Positions 61,261 to 64,000 of a stretch of 64,000 nucleotides of DNA are shown one piece after another. Within the stretch, counting starts at the first letter, position 1. Every line of letters starts with the position of its first letter. Under the pieces are notes generated by a model that worked only from the letters and a program-made list of their open reading frames with translations, ran no database searches and was not told where the DNA came from. Origin of the DNA: Eledone cirrhosa (taxonomy: Eukaryota); assembly GCA_964016885.1 (NCBI GenBank), contig OZ024740.1:133982001-134046000 (forward strand), in the 5' to 3' direction. A program made the position numbers and the translations under genes.

Positions 61261-64000
61261 TCCAGTTTTTCTCCACCTGGAGGTCCGGTCCGAACCAGAC
61301 CCCGAGCAGCTTCACCGGTCCCTCCGTCCAGCGTCCGATCTCGCCGTCGGAGGGCATCGGTTTGCCTCTCCACGTTCCGAGTTGCAAACCGACAGACTTG
61401 TCCCGGTTCAGCTTGGCTCCTATAAACCATCGTATTCCTCCAGTAAGGTGCCGATTACTGCCCAATTTCCGAGGCACACGACACCATTACTGTCACGTCA
61501 TCGGCGTAGGCCGACACCGCTTTCCGCAATCCCGGTTCCAACGGTATTCCCTGCAACAGCTCCAGCTTCAGCAGTAGTGGCTCGAGAGCCAGCACATACA
61601 GCAGGGAGGAGAGAGGGCACCCCTGTCGGATGGATTGCGCGATTTGGAACGGCTCCGAGAGGTAGCCGTTCACCTTGACCCTCGAGCAGATGTTGCTGCT
61701 GTGCATTGCAGCAATCCAGACTCTGAAAACGGGTCCGAAGCCTGCCACCGCGAACACCGGATCCAGGTACCGATGGTCGACCCTATCGAACGCCTTAGAT
61801 TGATCCAAGTTGATGAGGGCCCCACCAAAGCCGGGTTCGTTCCCTACCCTCTCTACGATGTATTCCATGAGGTGGAGGTTGTCGTGTATGGACCTGGACG
61901 GGATTGCGCATGTCTGAGCTTCTCCCACCAGGTTCCCGACGACAAGCGCCATCCTCTTCGCTAAGATCTTGGCCAAAATCTTTAGCTCTGTGTTTAGCAG
62001 AGTTGAGGGCCTGAAGTTATCTATGTTCTCGTCCTTCCTCACCAGCGTGAATACGCCCTTGGTCACAGAACTGGGAATTCTCCCGTTATGTTTCCAGTTG
62101 CAGTAGACCGCCTCGAGGAGATCGGAGCACAAGTTCGGCATCGCTACATAAAGTTCGTATGGTAAACCATCGAGACCGGGAGATTTGCGTTTACCGCATA
62201 GGCTCAGCGCTTCCCCTATTTCAGCGGCTGAAATCGGCCTTTCGCAGAACTTAGCCTCCCCGTCCGAGTGCCGCGGCTACCGTCGAGGTATGGACCGAAA
62301 TCCATGGCCTCACCCGGCCCGCCGCCCCTCTCAAACAGTCGTACAAAGCGCCGTTGAAAGGCCGTGCACATCCGCTCAGGTTCAAGGATCACGCGTTCAT
62401 CTTGGTCCTTCAAAGACCACTTTTTGCCTCTATCACTCGGGCCCAGCTAACAGCTTTGGCTCCCTCGTTACCCAGAGCACGTATTTTACTCCTGACAACA
62501 CATCCCTCGTGCTTCGCGTCAAAGAACTGGTCTATGGCCGTTCTTGACGCTAGCACGCCGGCCACGTTGCTCCTCCTAATCGCCTCTTCTACACTATCTA
62601 TCAATTCCCTTTCAGTTAAATTCCTATCTGATGCTAATTCCTGAATAAAACCTATCGATTCTATTCTGTCTCTCTTGAGATACCCCACCACCTGCTGTTG
62701 ACAATTGCCCCCGTCAACCGCTGCTTAACTAGATAACTAATCCGCTTACTGTAAGCTTTGTTTGTCGGTAAGGACAAGTTTAGCTTCCAGTAACCGGGTC
62801 CTTGTTTATGGGTTCTATCAAGGTTGACCAATCCGGTCACCAACTTGTGATCCGAATAGTCAAGCATGAACATTCGTGGACAGCTTAATATGTCCCTATC
62901 CTTATTTCTAACTTGGAACCTGTCAAGGTACGACCTAGATGTTCCGCTGCGATTAGTCCAGGTCCACAGTGGCACAGTCGGAAAATCTAGTCGATATCTA
63001 TCGGCCAGATCAAATCGGCCAATTAACCGTTTGAGGCTGTTACACCCCTTTCGGTTTCCACCGAAGGGTCTTTGTCTAAAGTTTGCACAAGTGTTTTGTT
63101 GTTTGTGTTGATGTATGTGTACTGTTTTTGTTGTGTTGTGTTTGTGTTTGGTTGTTGTTCTTGTGTGTGTTTGCGTTTTGTAGTATGTGTTATGTTTTCG
63201 GGAGGGGTGGATTTTTTTGTTTGTGATGTTTGTTCTGTTTGTGCTAGTGGTTGTGTGTTTGTTGCATTTTTGTTGATTTGGTGCCTTCTTTTCTTTCTTT
63301 TTACAGGTTGAAAGGGTTCTCTCTCGTCGTCACTAGGTGACGTTGATAAGAGGTCCTCATCCGTGTTGTTGGGGAGGGGTATATTTTGGGGTTTTGTTGT
63401 GGTTGCTTTTGTATTTGTTTTAGGTGGGGAGAGGTTGGGTGGGACAGTGTCTTGTGTTATTATTTTTTCGTGTTGTTGATGTTGTTGTGGTGGTGGTGGT
63501 TGTGTTGTTGTGTGTGGGGTGGGGCATTTAAAAGGGGATAGGAAGCCCTCAGGTGACCACTTCTTGAACAGTGGTAGCATGAAGGACGCCTGCCCTCAAC
63601 AGAAATGTTTATGAAGGCGACTCCATCTAGGGACACACGCTGCGGTATTCTTGCTATCCGTTCTGGTCTCATTTGGGCCAGAACTTCAAGGCTATTGCCG
63701 CCGAATACGCCCCCGGTGGATTCGCCTATCGAAATGATTGTGTCTTCATCTTCTAAGAATCCCGTTAGCACCCACCAAATGCTCGCATTTGGCCTATGCC
63801 CGAGATTCTTATCTTTTGAGTTCTTTTCCCCAAATATGTGGGGAAAAAGGTGTATGCTTTGGTTACAATTGGCGACACACAATATTTCCGTGCCGCCAAT
63901 TCATCTTGCATTAAAACAGATATGTTTCCATACAGTTTCCCTTTCTGTATGAAAGCGATATCCTTCCAGGTACTACTTAGGACCAGCTCAATTTCGCTTT
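61261..64000 (-). mobile_element. Tx1 copy E, degenerate; lacks 3' third, ORF1/ORF2 boundary deleted at ~63049; continues beyond window
   Basis: RT motifs in 61455-62141; APE remnant 62661-63049; ORF1 SVEGRRPSCYHCSRSGHLRAS. Confidence 0.9.

Noticed and set aside
48694-62644. Many plus-strand and alternative-frame ORFs overlapping Tx1 ORF1/ORF2
   Set aside because: Shadow frames of GC-rich coding sequence; they recur only because the copies are homologous.

Overview
AT-rich, microsatellite-dense eukaryotic genomic DNA. The tRNA-derived SINE and TE complement resemble cephalopod/Octopus repeats, but this is an impression and not a database result. No host gene could be supported; nearly all recognisable sequence is transposon-derived. 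Positions 1-42.2 kb hold decayed Penelope-like elements (RT + GIY-YIG, inverted pLTRs, many minimal hammerhead ribozyme motifs), fragments of R4/Dong-like, CRE-like and RTE-like non-LTR retrotransposons, SINEs, two non-autonomous Helitrons and hAT remnants. Positions 42.9-64 kb are a >21 kb head-to-tail, same-strand array of five Tx1/L1-clade retrotransposons. One copy is fully intact (ORF1 638 aa + APE-RT-CCHC ORF2 1145 aa). Every junction except one (D/E) lies in a (GATA)n microsatellite, and a solitary truncated copy at 14.9-15.6 kb has (GATA)n on both sides. The best candidate for an undescribed system is a (GATA/TATC)n-targeting Tx1 family that builds its own arrays. A ~527-nt non-coding unit bounded by two hammerheads (33.6-34.2 kb) is a second, retrozyme-like candidate.
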